Source: Negaprion brevirostris (taxonomy: Eukaryota). Taken from it: a stretch of DNA of 64,000 nt. This document shows, one piece after another, positions 63,201 through 64,000 of this stretch; position 1 is the first letter of the stretch; each line of letters begins with the position of its first letter. The notes under the pieces were generated by a model. That model saw nothing but the letters and a program-made list of their open reading frames with translations, had not been told where the DNA came from and searched no databases. The DNA lies in assembly GCA_030324005.1 (NCBI GenBank), contig JARDVH010000110.1, positions 18,042,867 through 18,106,866 of the forward strand, given 5' to 3'. The translations under genes were made by a program, and so were the position numbers.

Positions 63201-63720
63201 TGTAACTTGCTTTTTCTTCAACAGGCATGCTACTTGTCCTTTTCTTCCCCCCACAGCTTCGGCATACTATGTCCTTACACCAACATTCTGCAGCTGAATG
63301 TCCTGACTTCGCAAATCGAAGACATAGGAGTTTCAGAACACTTCGGTATCGATCGATTCAGCCCACTGAGTGCACAAACTGAGCCGCTGAGCTTCTTTAG
63401 CAGCCAGCTCCATTGTAACAGCAATTTCCTTGGCCCTTTTCAAAGTAAGGCTACTTTTGGTTAGCAAACTTTCTGCATTGCTTCAGTGCACAGACAAATC
63501 TGTCCCAAATTATGTCATTCAGCACATCAAACTCCCAATATTGTCAATCTTTTTAGCACAAACCACAAATTGCACAATTGACTCCCCATCACCTTGATTT
63601 ATTTTGTGCAATCTGAAGTGCTCTGCATTTACCAAAGCCTTCAGCGAAAAATGCGCTGGCAACATATCTACAACTTGTCCATATGTTCTAGTGCCTAGCT
63701 TCTCCAGTTGCACTCAACCT
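60230..63720 (-). mobile_element. Decayed Ty3/Gypsy LTR retrotransposon internal region (gag-PR-RT-RH-IN)
   Basis: Frameshifted fragments in Gypsy order: gag (AEHFRLHKINQGDGESI, ~63520-63710), a CCHC knuckle remnant (~63230-63290), protease (LDGQPVRMEVDTKTAVS, ~63100-63150), RT (ATPIIPVIKKDG...YPLP...FSKIDLSQA, 62443-62679, YLDD decayed to YLGG) and integrase (LHEGH...MKEKVRS..WW; HVEFLGPFEGRLFFVMVDAHSKWLEV). No LTRs recognised. Confidence 0.9.
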
Positions 63721-64000
63721 CGGAGGAGATTAAACATCCCATCCCACTGCACCTCCTCCCCTAGGAACTCCATTGTTCCACATTTTCAAAGGGACCAATG
63801 ACGCCATAAATTCCTTCCATTTTCTTACCAATGGAGGTCCCCCAAATGCAAACTTTCAACCCATTTTGAGCAGCTACCTTGATTTATCTCCTTTTAAACA
63901 AGGCAACGTGAACTTTGGTCTCTCTTTAAGCAGAGCACTCTAATTACTGTGCAGAGGATCATTTCTCACATCCATTTTGCCCATTATGTCTGGAGTATAT

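Overview
Eukaryotic, repeat-rich DNA from a gapped draft assembly, almost certainly a shark: it carries HE1/V-SINEs, HER1/CR1 LINEs, Deu-type SINEs and Penelope remnants. The only host gene I can support is the 3' part of a FAM53-family gene on the minus strand, best matching FAM53C. Its large exon (~58764-57975) splices in phase 0 across a ~45.5 kb intron to the terminal exon (12466-12203, ending DLDLEMIEEN*), with a likely poly(A) signal at 11046-11041. The rest is decayed transposable elements (many CR1 and SINE copies, an L1 relic, and a Gypsy gag-pol relic at ~60230-63720) plus unique non-coding DNA. I found no convincing novel protein-coding system. The best leads are a candidate alternative/poison exon with a CAGTAG acceptor in the FAM53C intron, Penelope-borne minimal hammerhead motifs, a ~225 bp inverted duplication, short templated-looking local duplications and several nested insertions. 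Repeat boundaries were read by eye and are approximate, and family names come from remembered consensus sequences, not a database search.
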